A stretch of DNA of 64,000 nucleotides from an uncultured candidate division Zixibacteria bacterium (GTDB lineage: Bacteria > Zixibacteria > MSB-5A5 > UBA10806 > 4484-95): contig CAXXKA010000001.1 in the NCBI GenBank assembly GCA_963668625.2, positions 1 through 64,000 on the forward strand, written 5' to 3'. Shown piece by piece: positions 1 through 10,222 of the stretch (its first letter is position 1; every line of letters starts with the position of its first letter). Made by a program: the position numbers and the translations under genes. The notes under the pieces were generated by a model, which worked only from the letters and a program-made list of their open reading frames with translations, was not told the origin of the DNA and did not search any database.

Positions 1-18
1 TCCATAGCCGAGCGATAA

Positions 19-1287
19 ATGAATTATAAAGAAGTTCTCGAATACCTGCTTCAGCTCGAGATGTTCGGCATGAAGCTGGGACTGGATAATATCAATCGTA
101 TACTGAGTCAGTTGGGTAATCCTCAAAAAGCTTATCCCACTATACATGTCGCCGGCACTAATGGCAAAGGAAGCACTGCAGCGATCATGGAAAGCGTGCT
201 GGCCGCCTCCGGCCATCGTGTGGGATTGTATACCTCGCCGCATCTGGTAGATTTTCGTGAGCGTATACGTATCAACGGCAGGATGATAGATCAATCTTTC
301 GTAGCTGACTTTTTTACCGATATGAAGGATAAATTCGATGCGATTCAGCCGACATTTTTCGAGGCAACGACAGCGCTGGCGTTCGAGTATTTTAAATCGG
401 AAAAAGTGGATATCGGTATAATTGAGGTTGGGCTCGGCGGCAGATTCGATTCGACCAACGTGTTAAATCCCGTGGCTGCGGTCATAACCAATATCGATTA
501 CGAACACACCAAGCATCTGGGAAACGATCTTCATAAAATAGCATTCGAGAAAGCAGGGATTATCAAAAACGGCATTCCGGTAATTACCGCCGTTAAGAAC
601 CTCGAAGCCAGGCGCGTTATCCGGGAAATAACAAAAAAACATAAAGGTACTTTGATATCGGTTTTCGATGAAACTCAGTGGGTGATTCAGGATATAAACG
701 AGCGTAATACCGAGATGGATATCTTCACGCGTTCATCCAAGTACTATAATCTCAGGCTGTCACTGCCGGGTCGACATCAACTGGATAACTCGATCTGCGC
801 TATCGTTGCTGCGGAACAGGCCGAGAAAATAGGTATCAAGGTTACAAGCACCGGAGCGACTCTAGGTTTCAGGGATGTTAAATGGCCGGGCAGGCTGCAA
901 CGAATATCTAAAAATCCAGATATCATTCTCGATGTTGGACATAACCCGGCGGCTATGAAAACACTGCACACATATTTCGATGAGTTCTATAAGGGACGTT
1001 ACGTGATATCGGTTCTGGGAATACTTTCCGATAAGGATTCACATAAGATGCTTACCGATTTGAACCGTTTTTCCGATGTCATCATCCTGACCAAACCCAC
1101 CACCGAACGTGCCGCTGATCCAGAGATGCTGGCTCGTCAGGCTTCAATGGTTAGTAGCAATTTTCAGGTGATTCCTCATGTCCGCGACGCGGTTAACTCC
1201 GCCATAGAACACGCTAAACCCGATGATGTGGTGCTGATTACCGGCTCGCATTACACGGTAGGCGAGACTCTTTCACAGTTAAATTGA
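19..1287 (+). CDS. folC: Bifunctional folylpolyglutamate synthase/dihydrofolate synthase
   Basis: IHVAGTNGKGST P-loop, YTSPHL, EVGLGGRFDSTN, WPGR, D.GHNP and ITGS motifs. Confidence 0.96.
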   Translation: MNYKEVLEYLLQLEMFGMKLGLDNINRILSQLGNPQKAYPTIHVAGTNGKGSTAAIMESVLAASGHRVGLYTSPHLVDFRERIRINGRMIDQSFVADFFTDMKDKFDAIQPTFFEATTALAFEYFKSEKVDIGIIEVGLGGRFDSTNVLNPVAAVITNIDYEHTKHLGNDLHKIAFEKAGIIKNGIPVITAVKNLEARRVIREITKKHKGTLISVFDETQWVIQDINERNTEMDIFTRSSKYYNLRLSLPGRHQLDNSICAIVAAEQAEKIGIKVTSTGATLGFRDVKWPGRLQRISKNPDIILDVGHNPAAMKTLHTYFDEFYKGRYVISVLGILSDKDSHKMLTDLNRFSDVIILTKPTTERAADPEMLARQASMVSSNFQVIPHVRDAVNSAIEHAKPDDVVLITGSHYTVGETLSQLN

Positions 1288-1344
1288 ACGTGAACAACGG
1301 GAATAAAATCAACGTTATAATTGTATTCTATAACGGAGCGAATA

Positions 1345-3345
1345 GTGAAGAATTTTAAACTTGTCTCGAAATATAAACCCAGCGGCGATCAGCCACAGGC
1401 CATAGAAAAGCTGGTTGCCGGTATTAACGAGGGGCGCCGTTTCCAAACATTGCTGGGTGTTACCGGTTCGGGGAAAACATTTACCGTTGCCAACGTGATA
1501 GAAAAATTGAATAAACCGACATTGGTGATATCGCATAACAAAACCCTGGCCGCCCAGTTATTCGGCGAGCTAAAATCTTTCTTTCCAGAAAACGCGGTCG
1601 AGTTTTTCATAAGTTATTATGACTATTATCAGCCGGAGGCTTACATTCCGTCCTCGGATACGTATATCGAAAAAGATACCTCGATGAACGACGATATCGA
1701 TCGTTTGCGCTTACGCGCGACCTCATCGCTTTTAGAACGTAAGGATGTCATTATAGTCGCCTCTGTTTCGTGTATCTACGGTCTTGGTTCTCCCGATGAT
1801 TACAAGGAGATGATGGTTATACTCGAGGCAGGTAAAACACATCCGCGTGATGAGCTACTCCGCGAGCTTATCAAGATCCAATACAACCGCAATGATATCG
1901 AATTCGGTCGCGGCTCGTTTCGTGTCAGGGGTGATGTCGTAGAGGTGCACCCGGCTTATGATGATATCGGTGTCAGGATTGAGTATTTCGGTGATGAAAT
2001 AGAGAAGATCACCCGGGTTAATCTCGTGGATGGCCACGTACTCGAGCAGAAAGACCGTCACGCGATTTATCCGGCCCGTCATTTCGTAACCGAAAGATAT
2101 AATATCATGCGCGCGGTGAAGTTCATAGAGGAAGAGCTTGAGGACAGGTTAGAGCATTACCGTCGTAACAACCAGCTATTGGAAGCGCAAAGAATCGCCT
2201 CCCGTACCCGTTACGATCTGGAGATGCTCAAGGAGATCGGCTATTGTTCAGGTATCGAAAATTATGCCCGTCACCTGACAAACCGAGAACCCGGCGAAAA
2301 ACCCTATACGCTTTTCGATTTCTTTCCCGATGATTTTCTGCTTGTCGTAGACGAGTCCCATCAAACTTTACCGCAGGTGCGGGGAATGTACCGGGGCGAT
2401 CGCTCCCGTAAACAAACACTGGTAGAGTATGGTTTCCGTCTGCCCTCGGCGCTAGATAACAGACCTTACGTGTTCGAGGAGTTCGAGGCGAAAATCAAAC
2501 AGGCGATATTTATTTCAGCCACGCCATCGGAGTTCGAGATAGAGAAATCGGACGGCGAGGTGATCGAACAAATTATCAGGCCTACCGGCTTGATCGATCC
2601 GGTGATCGAGGTGCGTCCGCTTAACACACAGGTGGATGATCTTATAAAAGAGGTACGCGCCGCTACCGCCGCCAACTCGCGAATTCTGGTAACGACTTTG
2701 ACTAAACGTATGGCCGAGGACTTGACCGATTACATGGCTAATATCGGTATCAAGGTGCGTTACCTGCATTCGGAGATAGACGCCATAGACAGGGTAGAGA
2801 TACTACGCGACTTGCGCTTGAAAGAGTTCGATGTTCTGGTCGGTATTAACCTTCTGCGCGAGGGGCTGGATTTGCCGGAGGTTTCACTGGTGGCGATACT
2901 CGATGCCGACAAAGAGGGTTTTTTGCGTTCCGGTACGTCGCTGATCCAGACCGCCGGCAGGGCCGCGCGCAACAAGGCGGGCAAGGTGATTTTATACGCC
3001 GATAAAATTACCAATTCCATGCAGCGGGCTATTGATGAAACAGGTCGCCGTCGTAAAAAGCAGATCGAATATAACGAGCTGCACGGCATCGTACCGCAAA
3101 CTATCGTAAAAACAAGAGATGAGATATTAATGACAACATCTTTTGCCGATAGCAAAACAGCAGTTCCGGGAGAGCCGACTATCAAGCAGGAGCTGGATGC
3201 CATCTCCAAACTCGAGGTTGAGGATAAGCTGGCGAATCTCATGAAAATGATGAACAAGGCGGCTAAGATGCTCGAGTTCGAGAAGGCGGCGATGTTGCGG
3301 GATGAGATCGAGAAACTTAAACAATCGATAAGGAAGAAAAAATGA
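1345..3345 (+). CDS. uvrB: Excinuclease ABC subunit B
   Basis: [25 protein letters not shown] beta-hairpin, [28 protein letters not shown]-terminal UVR motif. GTG start at 1345 chosen because of GGAG RBS (ORF track starts at 1321). Confidence 0.97.
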   Translation: MKNFKLVSKYKPSGDQPQAIEKLVAGINEGRRFQTLLGVTGSGKTFTVANVIEKLNKPTLVISHNKTLAAQLFGELKSFFPENAVEFFISYYDYYQPEAYIPSSDTYIEKDTSMNDDIDRLRLRATSSLLERKDVIIVASVSCIYGLGSPDDYKEMMVILEAGKTHPRDELLRELIKIQYNRNDIEFGRGSFRVRGDVVEVHPAYDDIGVRIEYFGDEIEKITRVNLVDGHVLEQKDRHAIYPARHFVTERYNIMRAVKFIEEELEDRLEHYRRNNQLLEAQRIASRTRYDLEMLKEIGYCSGIENYARHLTNREPGEKPYTLFDFFPDDFLLVVDESHQTLPQVRGMYRGDRSRKQTLVEYGFRLPSALDNRPYVFEEFEAKIKQAIFISATPSEFEIEKSDGEVIEQIIRPTGLIDPVIEVRPLNTQVDDLIKEVRAATAANSRILVTTLTKRMAEDLTDYMANIGIKVRYLHSEIDAIDRVEILRDLRLKEFDVLVGINLLREGLDLPEVSLVAILDADKEGFLRSGTSLIQTAGRAARNKAGKVILYADKITNSMQRAIDETGRRRKKQIEYNELHGIVPQTIVKTRDEILMTTSFADSKTAVPGEPTIKQELDAISKLEVEDKLANLMKMMNKAAKMLEFEKAAMLRDEIEKLKQSIRKKK

Positions 3346-4205
3346 AATGGCTTTATCTTATATTGGCGGGGATTACTTTACTGACTGCAGCTTGTGGCGA
3401 TGACAACCCGACCAGCAGTGTCGAGGGTACCGATTATGAGGCGATTACTAATGTGATTATTCTCGATAATTACAGGCTTTCGGAGATAACCGCTTTTCCC
3501 GAAACAGTGCCCGATACGGCCTCGTTTATAGCCAATCCGATTACCGATCAGCCGTTATACTGGCATGTTGTCGATTCGACGATCGAGCGTATCTCGACAA
3601 ATTACTCACCTGAACAGGTGCAAAGCCCGGTAGGTTTAGTCGATCAGGCAAATGTCGGCTATACTATAAAATGGTACGGAGTTTTTCATGCGCTGGCCTA
3701 TAACCAGTCTGCCGACAGTATCGAACGTTACGATAAAGAGTTCATGATTACCGGCTCGCGTTCGGCCATCGTCCAACGCTGGGGTAGATCTAATCTTCGC
3801 CGAGGCTGGCTTTTAACCTCCATTAGCGGGGCGACTATTGGCTCGGGGGGCGGGCAGCCGTTTTTACAGGATTTGAAATTCGAGTCATCCTCCAATGATG
3901 ATTCAACGTTCAGTTACACTATCTCCGATCTGGATGAACTGGTGCAGTTCAACGCCGGGGAGGGGATAGCGCTTTCCTACGAGATGCCATCGGAGGACGA
4001 CCTGGCTTATATATATATCCCTGTGGAAAATTACAGCTACGAGTTGGCCGAGCCGACCATCTCTGGGGATGGCTATCGGATCACGTTGAATATGCCAACG
4101 GCAAGCAGGATTTACGGACAGTTGAAATTCTATGTAGTCAACGCCGGCGATTTTGAGGATGATTACCGGGCTTCCGGCTTTTCCTATAGTTATAAAACGA
4201 GGTAA
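3342..4205 (+). CDS. Hypothetical lipoprotein
   Basis: Signal peptide with lipobox LTAAC; start overlaps the uvrB stop (ATGA). Confidence 0.75.
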   Translation: MKWLYLILAGITLLTAACGDDNPTSSVEGTDYEAITNVIILDNYRLSEITAFPETVPDTASFIANPITDQPLYWHVVDSTIERISTNYSPEQVQSPVGLVDQANVGYTIKWYGVFHALAYNQSADSIERYDKEFMITGSRSAIVQRWGRSNLRRGWLLTSISGATIGSGGGQPFLQDLKFESSSNDDSTFSYTISDLDELVQFNAGEGIALSYEMPSEDDLAYIYIPVENYSYELAEPTISGDGYRITLNMPTASRIYGQLKFYVVNAGDFEDDYRASGFSYSYKTR

Positions 4206-4351
4206 ATCTCACTAATCGATACCTCAATTGATTTACATGTTTTACATCGCATGGACGTATTTATCTCGTAATATACATTTATCGATAATTTTGCTTTCCA
4301 AACAATCTTAACTCTTGATTTGCTGGAAATTACGCTTTATAATTACAAGCT

Positions 4352-5152
4352 ATGGACCTTCAAGGCAAAATCGAAAAATTCAATGTCCCAGAGATTTTTC
4401 AACTTATCTCTACCGGTAAACGGACAGGGACGCTGGGGATAATACGTAATAACCAGGCCACCATGTTCTATTTCCGGGATGGCCAGATTACTTACGCTTA
4501 TTCGCCGGCGGGTAAAAACAGGGTAGGCGAGAGGCTTCTGGATAAAGGTTTTATCGATGACAATGCACTCGATAACGCGCTGGAATTTCAGAAGAAAAAC
4601 AGCAAGAACAGAATCGGTAGAATCCTGATCGATAACAGAAAAATCAACGATCAGCAACTGGCTACCGTACTTACCGAGCAGATATCAGATATCGTATACA
4701 AAGTCATGAGCTGGGACAAAGGGCTATTCAAGTTCTACGATAATAATTTCCCCACTGATGAGGAAAACACGATCTCGCTGTCCACCGAAGGCCTCATTCT
4801 CGACGGCGCAAAGCGTGCCGATGAGTTGAACTGCCAGAGAAGCAAACTGCCGGAATATAACTCTATCCTTAGAATAAAAAAATGCTCCTCGAGAGTTGAC
4901 AAAGAGATCAAGCTGACCTCAGAGGAGTGGGATATCCTGGCCTCCTGTGATTCCAACCATACTATCGATGATATTATCAGCCAGACCGATGATGACGCCG
5001 AGTTGGTGCTGAAAACATTGAATAAGCTTTTAGAGAAGGAGCTTATCGAGCCGGTCAAAGCCGGATCACGAGGCAACGGTAATATAGCGCATGTTGAATT
5101 GCAAATAGATGTGCTGGCCGATCTATTGAATAAATTCCTCGATAAAGCCTGA
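4352..5152 (+). CDS. DUF4388 (PATAN-like) domain protein with MshEN-like motif and C-terminal wHTH
   Basis: N-terminus 'LQGKIEKFNVPEIFQLI..GKRTG.L', 'W.KG.F.F'; tandem RVGERLLDKGFI...LEFQ / RIGRILID...LTEQ motif. Confidence 0.8.
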   Translation: MDLQGKIEKFNVPEIFQLISTGKRTGTLGIIRNNQATMFYFRDGQITYAYSPAGKNRVGERLLDKGFIDDNALDNALEFQKKNSKNRIGRILIDNRKINDQQLATVLTEQISDIVYKVMSWDKGLFKFYDNNFPTDEENTISLSTEGLILDGAKRADELNCQRSKLPEYNSILRIKKCSSRVDKEIKLTSEEWDILASCDSNHTIDDIISQTDDDAELVLKTLNKLLEKELIEPVKAGSRGNGNIAHVELQIDVLADLLNKFLDKA

Positions 5153-5153
5153 T

Positions 5154-5882
5154 ATGACAGCCAATCAAGCCATAATATTAAACAAGCTGGATGATACCCT
5201 ATCGGAATTTCTTCGGGCCTACGCGGTAAAACGTCTTGACCGTATAACCACCGAAAAAAGGGTCGAACAACTTAGGGAGATAGCTTTCTCCAATAAGCCT
5301 CAATACAAGAACATGGATGATAGGCTGATAGAACTAGAGAAATGGTTCGAGCATTTTGCCGATGAAATCTCCCGCAAGGATTTAAGCAACGAATCGATAC
5401 AGCAGCTTTTCGATTGCATAAAGCAAATTGAGTTGATCGGCAGGGGAGGCAGTAACTCCTCCCGAGAGGACGATATTCTGTTTGACAGGAAACGATCGCT
5501 CAATGTCGCCAATATGGCCAATGCTTTCATGAGCCGTGTAACAGGCAATCCCCGAAAAACAGGGGTGAGCAAAGCGATGAAAATCGTGCGGCCGCCCGAG
5601 GAGGTAAATCTTCCCGAATCGAATGCGGCGAGCGGCGACACTGTGAAAGAGAAATTTATCGATAGCCTGGCTTATCAAAAAGAGGTTGTGGATAACTATA
5701 AAGACGATAAATATCATCTATTTTCGATAGTGGATAAACTATTAGATAAATTGGAGCATACTCCCGACATAAAAGCCTCCCACATGGCCGCAAGTATCCT
5801 TTATTTCATGAAACTAAACGGTTATATGACTGCGCCTTACGTTGAAAAGTTGAGAAAATTAAATAGGAACCGAAATGATTAA
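5154..5882 (+). CDS. Hypothetical protein
   Basis: 242-aa ORF starting 1 nt after the DUF4388 gene. Confidence 0.65.
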   Translation: MTANQAIILNKLDDTLSEFLRAYAVKRLDRITTEKRVEQLREIAFSNKPQYKNMDDRLIELEKWFEHFADEISRKDLSNESIQQLFDCIKQIELIGRGGSNSSREDDILFDRKRSLNVANMANAFMSRVTGNPRKTGVSKAMKIVRPPEEVNLPESNAASGDTVKEKFIDSLAYQKEVVDNYKDDKYHLFSIVDKLLDKLEHTPDIKASHMAASILYFMKLNGYMTAPYVEKLRKLNRNRND

Positions 5883-6051
5883 TGAACAGTTGAAAGAGTT
5901 TTACAATTTAATTGCGTTCGGCGAATTTGATAAGGCATTGGAATTGGCGGAAATTTCCGAGCTGTTTGGGGATGAGAGAGAACGGATCGTAATTCAAACC
6001 CTGAAACTAAAGAAAATTTTACAAAATTCTGATTGCCAAAAAGCTGTTTAA
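5875..6051 (+). CDS. Small hypothetical protein (58 aa, MINEQLKEFYNL...)
   Basis: Read manually (below ORF-track cut-off); ATG overlaps the preceding stop and has AGGA upstream. Confidence 0.45.
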   Translation: MINEQLKEFYNLIAFGEFDKALELAEISELFGDERERIVIQTLKLKKILQNSDCQKAV

Positions 6052-6084
6052 TGTTATATTAGCGCTGACAACTTTGGAGGTTCA

Positions 6085-6273
6085 ATGGCGAAAAGACAAG
6101 CATTTGCAGATAAGGCCAATAAGGTAAAGCATTCAGTCAACTGTCCTGTTTGCGGTTCGGTCATCACACCGACTCTGTTTTTAAATCCGACTAAGGCCTC
6201 GAACGGCGCCTACAAGTACAAAAAGCAGATGATAGATGTTTGCAAATGTAATCACAAAGAGTACTACGGTTAA
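6085..6273 (+). CDS. Small basic Zn-ribbon protein, DUF4295/bL38-like
   Basis: GGAGG RBS, MAKRQ start, CPVC...CKC, 'TKASNGAYKYKK' motif, own terminator. Confidence 0.7.
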   Translation: MAKRQAFADKANKVKHSVNCPVCGSVITPTLFLNPTKASNGAYKYKKQMIDVCKCNHKEYYG

Positions 6274-6297
6274 GCACATTAATTACGTAGGAAAGCC

Positions 6298-6330
6298 AAC
6301 CCTGTCGATACCCGGCGGGGTTTTTTATTT
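6298..6330 (+). terminator. Intrinsic terminator
   Basis: AACCCTGTCG-ATACC-CGGCGGGGTT stem followed by a T-run. Confidence 0.75.
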
Positions 6331-6339
6331 GTAATAAGC

Positions 6340-6810
6340 CTCATTATTCCAACGAAAATTGGAATCCAGGGGAGGGGGAGGTCGGTCAGGTTATGTCCCC
6401 GTCTCCCAGTCCCCAATACTGGATCCCCGATCGGAGTCGGGGATGACAGATTAATTTAAAAGAGCTAGGTAAGCTGATTTGTCATTTCTGCGGAGGGGAT
6501 TGTTGAAAAAGTCCGTTCCACGAGTCGTTGGGAATCCTTTCCCGGCGACATGCCGCATGAAATCAGGTGTCAGGAATGGATTCCTGACACCACCGTCATC
6601 CAACAAGGACTTTTTCAACAACCCCGGAAACAGGAATCCAGTATGGCCTTTTTTATCGTCGCAATAGGGTAGTGGTTTATAAAAAATACAAACGCCGCAC
6701 CGTAACACGGGCATCCTGCCCGTGTGGCAGACAGCTTGAATAACAATCGCTATACCGTAAGCCTGCCATCAGTATTGCCACATAGGCAAGATGCCGATAT
6801 TACGATGATT
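6340..6810. repeat. Cluster of REP/dRS3-like palindromic repeats
   Basis: ATTCCAACGAAAATTGGAATCCAG, CTGGATCCCCGATCGGAGTCGGGGATGAC, CACGGGCATCCTGCCCGTG and others; related copies at 9760 and 24534. Confidence 0.75.
6495..6625. mobile_element. MITE with IS1182/IS5-like terminal inverted repeats
   Basis: GGGGATTGTTGAAAAAGTCC ... GGACTTTTTCAACAACCCC, flanked by a GGA duplication; internal palindromes; no transposase. Confidence 0.7.
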
Positions 6811-7049
6811 AATTCTATGGCTGAGTCATTTAGAAAGGTGGCCAAAACCGCGGGGATTTTGACCTACTCGGCGATCCCTCAATCACCCCTTATATGTCTG
6901 CAATCCTTTACATTAAGCAGTCATTCTAAAATATTAATATACTTTACTTTATTATCAGACTTTGTGAAAAAAGTTACAAAAGTGGTTGCCTCATAATACC
7001 CCGAACCTTATATTATTTCAAAACTAGCTTTGTATGATTGGAGGTATTA

Positions 7050-7253
7050 ATGCCAAAGATAGAGGTGGACATCGTAAGGTGCAAAGGTTGTGAGCTTTGT
7101 GTCGTCGCGTGTCCTGAGGATGTATTAGCATTATCAAAAAACTTCGCGTCATCTGGTTACTATCCGGCTGAAATGGTCAATCCCGATGACTGCACCGGTT
7201 GCAAGATGTGCGCCTATGTTTGCCCTGATGTGGCTATAGAAGTCTGGAAGTGA
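7050..7253 (+). CDS. 2x[4Fe-4S] ferredoxin, delta subunit of 2-oxoacid:ferredoxin oxidoreductase
   Basis: CKGCELCVVACP and CTGCKMCAYVCP; GGAGG RBS. Confidence 0.92.
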   Translation: MPKIEVDIVRCKGCELCVVACPEDVLALSKNFASSGYYPAEMVNPDDCTGCKMCAYVCPDVAIEVWK

Positions 7254-7261
7254 GGTGGAAT

Positions 7262-8326
7262 ATGGCTGAAAAAACACTAATGAAAGGCAATGAGGCGTTA
7301 GCAGAGGGCGCGGTGAGAGCTGGATGTCGCTTTTTTGCCGGTTACCCTATTACGCCTCAAAACGAGGTTCCCGAATACATGTCCTGGAGACTGCCCGAAG
7401 TGGACGGTACGTTCATCCAGGCCGAAAGCGAAGTGGCCGCGATAAATATGCTCTACGGAGCATCCGCAGCCGGCTCCCGTACGATGACATCGTCATCGAG
7501 CCCCGGTATCTCCCTGAAACAGGAGGGGATATCCTATTGCGCCGGCGCTCGTTTACCGATTTTCTTCGCTAACGTAGTCAGGGGTGGCCCGGGACTGGGC
7601 AATATCGCTCCTGCACAGAGTGATTATTTCCAATCTACGCGAGGCGGTGGACACGGCGATTATCGTGTGTTCTGCATGGCCCCGTCGACTGTGACAGAGA
7701 TCGCTAATTTCCCGAGAATTTGCTACGAGGTCGCTTTCAAGTACAGAATTCCCTCGATGATTTTAGCTGACGGCCTTTTAGGTCAGATGATGGAGCCGGT
7801 CGAGTTCGATTTCGAACCGATCGATCCTAAAACCCTGGTCGAACCCGATTGGGCGTTGGGCGCAAAAACCGGTCGCGACAGGCGAGTGGTGCGTTCCTAC
7901 GATCTGGCCCCGGGCAAGATGGAGGAGTTCAATTTCGAGTTGGAGAGAGTACTGCAAGAGGTCGAGAAAAACGAGACCCGGGTAGAGGAAATTCAGACCG
8001 AGGATGCCGAATTGATCCTCACCGGTTATGGATCGGCTGCTCGTATTTGCAAAACGGCCGTTGGCATGGCTCGCAAAGAGGGCATGAAAGTAGGCCTGGT
8101 TCGTCCGATTACGGTCTGGCCTTTCCCCCGAAAATGCTTCAGCGACCTGGCTGATAAATGCAAGCAATTCCTCGTGGTGGAGATGTCCTTAGGTCAATAT
8201 ATCGAGGATGTCCAGCTTTCGGTTTTAGGTAAAGCGAAAATCGATCTTCATCAACGCCCCTCCGGCGGTATCCCTACTGCCGAGGAAATTTTCGAGTTGA
8301 TCAAGAAGTTGATGGGGAAAGCATGA
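7262..8326 (+). CDS. vorB: 2-oxoacid:ferredoxin oxidoreductase alpha subunit (VorB-like)
   Basis: KGNEA, GYPITPQ, QAESEVAA, TSSSSPGISLKQE, RGGPGLG motifs. Confidence 0.88.
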   Translation: MAEKTLMKGNEALAEGAVRAGCRFFAGYPITPQNEVPEYMSWRLPEVDGTFIQAESEVAAINMLYGASAAGSRTMTSSSSPGISLKQEGISYCAGARLPIFFANVVRGGPGLGNIAPAQSDYFQSTRGGGHGDYRVFCMAPSTVTEIANFPRICYEVAFKYRIPSMILADGLLGQMMEPVEFDFEPIDPKTLVEPDWALGAKTGRDRRVVRSYDLAPGKMEEFNFELERVLQEVEKNETRVEEIQTEDAELILTGYGSAARICKTAVGMARKEGMKVGLVRPITVWPFPRKCFSDLADKCKQFLVVEMSLGQYIEDVQLSVLGKAKIDLHQRPSGGIPTAEEIFELIKKLMGKA

Positions 8327-8373
8327 GATCATGTCTCAATAGAGGTAAGATTAAGAAATAATTGGAGATAGAA

Positions 8374-9141
8374 ATGAAGAAAGTATTCGAAAGAACGAAA
8401 GGCTTAACCGAACCGCCGATGCGGTACTGTCCTGGCTGCGGCCATGGTGTAGTACACAGGCTGGTCGGTGAGGTGCTCGTTGAGCTCGATCTCATCGATA
8501 AAGCCCTGGCGATTGCCCCTGTGGGCTGCTCGGTTTTCGCTGATGAGTACTTCAATTGCGATGCTATCCAGGGGCCGCACGGCCGTGGACCGGCTATCGC
8601 TACCGGACTTAAGAGAGTCAAACCCGAACTGGCGGTTTTCTCATATCAGGGAGATGGCGACCTGGCTTCGATCGGTATGGCCGAGACTATTCACGCCGCC
8701 AACCGCTCTGAAAATATTACGATCATATTTATCAATAACGCTATTTACGGTATGACCGGCGGCCAGATGGCTCCGACTACTCTTCTGGGTATGAAAGCTA
8801 CTACCTGCCCGGCAGGCCGTACGGTAGCAGCTAATGGTTATCCGTTCAAGATGTGTGAGCTTCTGCGGACATTACCCGGCGCAACCTATCTAGAGAGAAC
8901 TTCGGTTCATTATCCGGCCGGCGTTATCAAAACCAAGAAAGCTATCAAGAACGCTTTCACCTACCAGATGGAAGGTAAGGGTTTCTCCATGGTCGAGATT
9001 CTTTCCCAATGCCCGACCGACTGGGCCATGACTCCGCTTCAGGCCATTGAGCGCGTGGAGAAGGAGATGGTGCCGTACTTCCCGCTGGGCATATACAAGT
9101 CACCGAACCCGAAAGCTAAACTCATGCCGGTGGAATTGTAG
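8374..9141 (+). CDS. 2-oxoacid:ferredoxin oxidoreductase beta (TPP-binding) subunit
   Basis: YCPGCGHG, PVGC, HGRG, QGDGD...NNAIYGMTGGQ. Confidence 0.92.
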   Translation: MKKVFERTKGLTEPPMRYCPGCGHGVVHRLVGEVLVELDLIDKALAIAPVGCSVFADEYFNCDAIQGPHGRGPAIATGLKRVKPELAVFSYQGDGDLASIGMAETIHAANRSENITIIFINNAIYGMTGGQMAPTTLLGMKATTCPAGRTVAANGYPFKMCELLRTLPGATYLERTSVHYPAGVIKTKKAIKNAFTYQMEGKGFSMVEILSQCPTDWAMTPLQAIERVEKEMVPYFPLGIYKSPNPKAKLMPVEL

Positions 9142-9153
9142 GAGGTTGATGTT

Positions 9154-9690
9154 ATGTACCAAGGACTGATTATGGCAGGATTCGGCGGCCAGGGCGTTGT
9201 CTCAGGTGGTATCCTGATGGCTTATTCGGGTATGATGGATGACAAGCATGTCACGTTTTTCCCCAGCTACGGCGCGGAGATGCGTGGCGGCACCGCCAAT
9301 TGCTCGGTGGTTATCGCCTCCGATGAGATAGCCTCGCCGGTGGTTGCCTTTCCCGATTCTATTTTAGTAATGAACGAGCCCTCGCTTCTGAAATTCGAGC
9401 CGACTATCAAAGCGGGCGGCCTTCTGTTTTTAAATACCTCGCTGGTTGATTCGCGTTCCAAACGTGATGATATCGAGACAGTCGAGGTGCCGGCCAATAA
9501 AATCGCCGAGGAGCTTGGCAATCTCAAATGCGCCAACATGGTGATGGTCGGAGCGTACGCCGCCAAGACCGGCGCGTTCACGATAAAGACCGCGCAGGAG
9601 TCGATCACGGCTGTGTACAAACGCGCCAAAGGCCCGATTCTCGAGATGAACAAGAAAGCGATCGAGGCTGGCGCCGCGTTGATCAAGTAA
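9154..9690 (+). CDS. 2-oxoacid:ferredoxin oxidoreductase gamma subunit
   Basis: AGFGGQG, SYGAEMRGG, ANMVMVGA. Confidence 0.92.
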   Translation: MYQGLIMAGFGGQGVVSGGILMAYSGMMDDKHVTFFPSYGAEMRGGTANCSVVIASDEIASPVVAFPDSILVMNEPSLLKFEPTIKAGGLLFLNTSLVDSRSKRDDIETVEVPANKIAEELGNLKCANMVMVGAYAAKTGAFTIKTAQESITAVYKRAKGPILEMNKKAIEAGAALIK

Positions 9691-9697
9691 ATTAGTT

Positions 9698-9864
9698 GAT
9701 GTCGGGTCAGGCGACCCGACATCACTTGAGAATTGTCTGGCAGTGGGGAAACCCCACCCCTGGATCCCGGATCAAGTCCGGGATGACAGGATTTGGCTGG
9801 CAGGCGTCCCTGTTTGCTGCTTGATGAAAGATAAGCCGCGCAGGGGCACGGCATGCCGTGCCCT
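9698..9864. repeat. Cluster of three different REP-like palindromes
   Basis: GATGTCGGGTC-AGGC-GACCCGACATC (9698-9723), CTGGATCCCGGATCAAGTCCGGGATGAC (9760-9787), AGGGGCACGGCATGCCGTGCCCT (9842-9864). Confidence 0.75.
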
Positions 9865-9918
9865 GAGTTGGCAGCTCTGTTAAAATTACTCACTAAGTTC
9901 CTCTCACGAGGATACCCG

Positions 9919-9944
9919 GCGGGTCTTTATGATCCGCTTTTTTT
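9919..9944 (+). terminator. Intrinsic terminator after the OFOR operon
   Basis: GCGGGTC-TTTAT-GATCCGC followed by T7. Confidence 0.75.
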
Positions 9945-9980
9945 ATACTTAACACTTATTATTGAAATTTCAAATAAACA

Positions 9981-10010
9981 TTGACAATTGGATTAATTAC
10001 CTTATTATAG
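9981..10010 (+). promoter_or_regulatory. Sigma70-like promoter (duplicated at 13098)
   Basis: TTGACA followed at ~17 nt by TATTAT. Confidence 0.6.
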
Positions 10011-10222
10011 AAATGTATATCTGAATTATTGACATCATGATATTGGGGGAGTAGTATTTTGATAATGCGGAACTTATATAGGGTAAATATATCAAGGGTA
10101 TTTATCTTCCTTATAAAGAATCGGGGGGGGGGGAGAAGTCCACCTTGCTTTCAAATAAACATCGGTTTGTTTCAATAATTTAAATTCGTCAAAATTGATG
10201 TTAGATTTGAAAGGAAAAAATA

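Noticed and set aside
6451-6996. ORFs 6451-6714, 6479-6667 and 6724-6996
   Set aside because: They run through palindromic repeats and the MITE, with no RBS or recognisable motifs.
6307-9923. Shared 13-mer GATACCCGGCGGG at two terminators
   Set aside because: It occupies different structural positions in the two hairpins and only two copies were seen; insufficient support for a motif.
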